The notes under the pieces were generated by a model. The model was given only the letters and a program-made list of their open reading frames with translations. It made no database searches and was not told the DNA's origin. From Selaginella moellendorffii (taxonomy: Eukaryota > Plantae > Lycopodiophyta), in NCBI RefSeq assembly GCF_000143415.4, contig NW_003314430.1, positions 110,620-174,619 of the forward strand: a stretch of 64,000 bases of DNA, written 5' to 3'. The translations under genes and the position numbers were made by a program. Below, piece by piece: positions 61,209 through 64,000 of this stretch; position 1 is the stretch's first letter, and every line of letters begins with the position of its first letter.

Positions 61209-61358
61209 GTAAACCTTATAGACAAGATACGATGTTCCATGGGTATCTGCCCTAATTCCTATAAGTAAAGTATTGAAGCTATATAACATGAAATATCTTC
61301 TCGTTCTTGTTCTTTACCCAAAGCCACAAGCATGCAGTGCGTCTTGAGAGGCGATTTC

Positions 61359-62303
61359 ATGGCGGAGCTGGAGCTCGTCTTGTTAAAGCTGTCCGCGATC
61401 GATCTGTGCCAGGGGAGATGCGTGTGCCGCGAATGGCAACGAGCAATCGACGCTCCCAGCTTCCGGGGAGGGTACACGCGCTCCCATGGCTGCATTCCTC
61501 ACCTTTCCCTCAGGCTCGCCGAATCCCTCTTCGTCAAGCCAGTCGACAATTCCCCGCGCAGCGAGTGGCGCCTCTTCCAGACGCTCCCAGAGGCCATGAC
61601 CATCGCCAGCACCGACGCGGGCTTGCTGTGCCTGGCCACAGTTTAGGGACTTGGATCGGCCCTCCTCCATCTACATGTGGCGCTACAGCGATATCAACTC
61701 CTCCCCGGTGACAGTTCCGTTGCCACCAGTGCCCATCGACTGCATGGTGGTGTACAGCCGCGACAGGGATCGATCGACGCCACAGTTTCGCGTGGCTATC
61801 TTCGACAGGCCCTCGCTTCCGTAGACATGGGCTGTACCATTCACAACAACGGCTTCTATCCGATGTTGCATCACGGTGTGGCGGTGATCCTTTGCACGGA
61901 GACGTGGAGGGTCTTGCGATACAACATGTGGGACGGTTCGTGGAGCATTGCGGATCTTGACACCACCGAGTTGGAGTTGGGATCCAGGTGGGCGTTTGTG
62001 CTGTTGGATCCGGGCCGACTTTTCGTGCTGAGCGAGGACGACAATACGGAAGATTTGGAGGGACTGATCGTCGCAGAGATGCAGGGAGAGAAGTGGCAGG
62101 TCGCGTCGCGCTGTGACGAGCTTGGCAATGTGGAAGTGCGCGAGAACTTGATATGCACCGATGGGAGCAACAGGATATGGCTGGTCGACTCGGACTGCTC
62201 ACGCATCATGCACTTTGGAGTGGTTTCCAAGTGCTGGGCGGAGGTGGAGACACCACCAGACACTTTTAAAGGACACAAGGAACTCGCATGGTTCTCCTGT
62301 TAA
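61359..62303 (+). pseudogene. F-box protein gene with a premature stop/frameshift near 61646
   Basis: N-terminal F-box ELVLLKLSAIDLCQGRCVCREWQRAIDAPSF; reading continues in another frame (61677-62303). Confidence 0.7.
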
Positions 62304-62779
62304 GTAAGTAAGTAAGCTGTTCTTTCTTTCTCCCCGTTTTTTGTATGAGGTTTTTTCTCCAGGAATCGAAAACAGCGAAAGCGTGAGCATACCTGCATTA
62401 GATGACGTGCATTCTCTTCTGGCAGCACTCTATGCGGGTATACAAGTTGAGCGAAATTTATCTTCTGCCGACCGTCTCCTCTTTGCTGCAAAAGTTTTCT
62501 GTGTGGACCACCACTTTTTGTTCCATAAACCTAGCTTCGTTTGATCGTCTAGATCAACGTATAGTATCAATGTCTACTTTTTAAGCGGAAAAAAAGTATT
62601 ATTTAAGCATAACGGAAGTCAATTTCATTAATAAAATAAATAAAGCTTACCTTTTGCTTAACTTTTTTTATATCTATCAATGTAGATGAACACTAAGTAT
62701 GTGAAAAATATGTTAAAAGTTTTATTTTGACTTGCATCTGATTTGATATGCTAATATGGTGCCTCTTGTAGACCAAAGG

Positions 62780-64000
62780 CTACTTCTAAAGAATGTCAAC
62801 GTTAGTCACTGCTAGAGATGCACGTATTATGTTGTTTCATGGAGGCAGCCACGCGAGAACTGCACTGCATTGGAATGGCTTGTATCATGCAACAGGGATT
62901 TGCTTAATGAGAGCAGTTGACAACAGTTTTGGAATGTTGTGCAGGGATTGGATCATTGCAGTTTGTTGAGGCTGCAGGCATACACAATAGGCACCAAATT
63001 TCTCTCCATTGCAACATGCATTCACCTGCAGCACTTTGAGGAGTTTTGTAGGGTGGCAAGAGATGCCAAGGATGCCAACCTCTAGCACATGTTTGAACAA
63101 ATTGTGTTTATCATGATTCTACAACAATGAAGAGGAGCTGTAGGATAAGCTTTTGGCTGCCATATGCCACTCTAATGAATTTGTGCTCTCTATGGTATTG
63201 CAAAGCATGGGAATTTTTATACATATGTAAGTAACATATACATAGTTGTATGTAGCGCTCAAGAAACTTATGTATGTGTAAATGGTGGGTCAAAACATTT
63301 ATTTTCCAATCCACAAACAAGTGGAACTTTACATACTTATTTTCCACATGTTCCAGAACAACAAATTCAGTCAGGAGTAGCCAAGCCATGGGATCAGCGA
63401 GCTGGTTTTGCCTTGTGTTTCTTCACCTGCAGAATTCAGAAAACCTCTATTATAGTGGTTTAAGGTGCATTTCTTTCCAATTAAAGGCAAACTTGAATAA
63501 AATATCCTTGAGGTGTTTGTCCTACACTTTGCAGACCACTTTGATTACCTCTGCACGTCTTAGAAATAATAGTACAAAGAGTACCATTTGTCTGTTCCAC
63601 TTGTCCATTATAACAAGGATAATATGGAGTAGATTTCCTGTGCTTCAAATATAAAGTTCAGTGAGTGCAGCTACCACTTCATTTAAGAAATAAAAACCTC
63701 TATCACTTACTAATTCCAAAGGACAACCAAACTGAGTAATAATTTACTCGTACAAAAACTCAACAACTTTTCTATCTATAACTTCCTTCAACACTTTTCC
63801 CTCTGCCCACTTGGTCACATAGTCAGTACAAACTAGCACGTACTTGCAATGAGTATGCTTGTTTGCTGGAAAAAGCCCAACAAAATCAACTCCCCGTTTC
63901 TCAAATGGCAATATTGGCAAAAGTGGCTACAACAGCATTATATCTCCTCTTGATAGTTTCCCAATCCTTTGCCATGGATCCTAACCTCTCACATACTTTG
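62780..64000 (-). mobile_element. Ty3/gypsy integrase remnant (runs off the window end)
   Basis: Minus strand LLPILPFEKRGVDFVG, KYVLVCTDYVTKWAE and ISDRG motifs with stops. Confidence 0.8.

Overview
Compact, gene-dense eukaryotic nuclear DNA from a land plant. Very short GT-AG introns (about 50-70 nt), tiny intergenic spacers, PLS-type PPR genes and divergent F-box genes point to the lycophyte Selaginella (inference, not verified). About 19 apparently intact genes: MiAMP1-like peptide, eIF3g, SPARK/GPI protein, COBRA-like, AVT1 transporter, a tandem AAA+ ATPase, aldo-keto reductase, GlcNAc kinase, two GH5 glucanases, a PII-2-like LRR receptor-like protein, DBP5/LOS4, NOL10, BCCIP, a PLAT protein, PP2C, a SAM methyltransferase, AKAP17A/ZCW7-like and a PPR gene. 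There is also a small Dof-like ORF, two tRNAs (Arg-CCG, Ala-AGC) and a half tRNA-Asp. Pseudogenes and fragments: SNF2, PPR, F-box, PRMT5, methyltransferase, NOL10. Gypsy remnants lie at about 29 kb and 63-64 kb, a gag-like relic at about 38-39 kb, and an AT-rich repeat island at about 39.8-47.3 kb contains one N gap. Best leads: (1) NOL10 and BCCIP are head-to-head with 39 bp between ATGs, separated by inverted telo-boxes; (2) an intron-rich tandem AAA+ ATPase resembles bacterial Afp15/Pvc15-type ATPases; (3) a repeat carries a 5S rRNA-derived segment (Cassandra-like); (4) a truncated Dof-like microprotein; (5) a tRNA-Arg(CCG) built on an Arg(CCU)-type body; (6) a ~3 kb tandem duplication with complementary gene survival. 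Family calls rest on motifs recalled from memory; no searches were run, and internal exon boundaries were read by eye.
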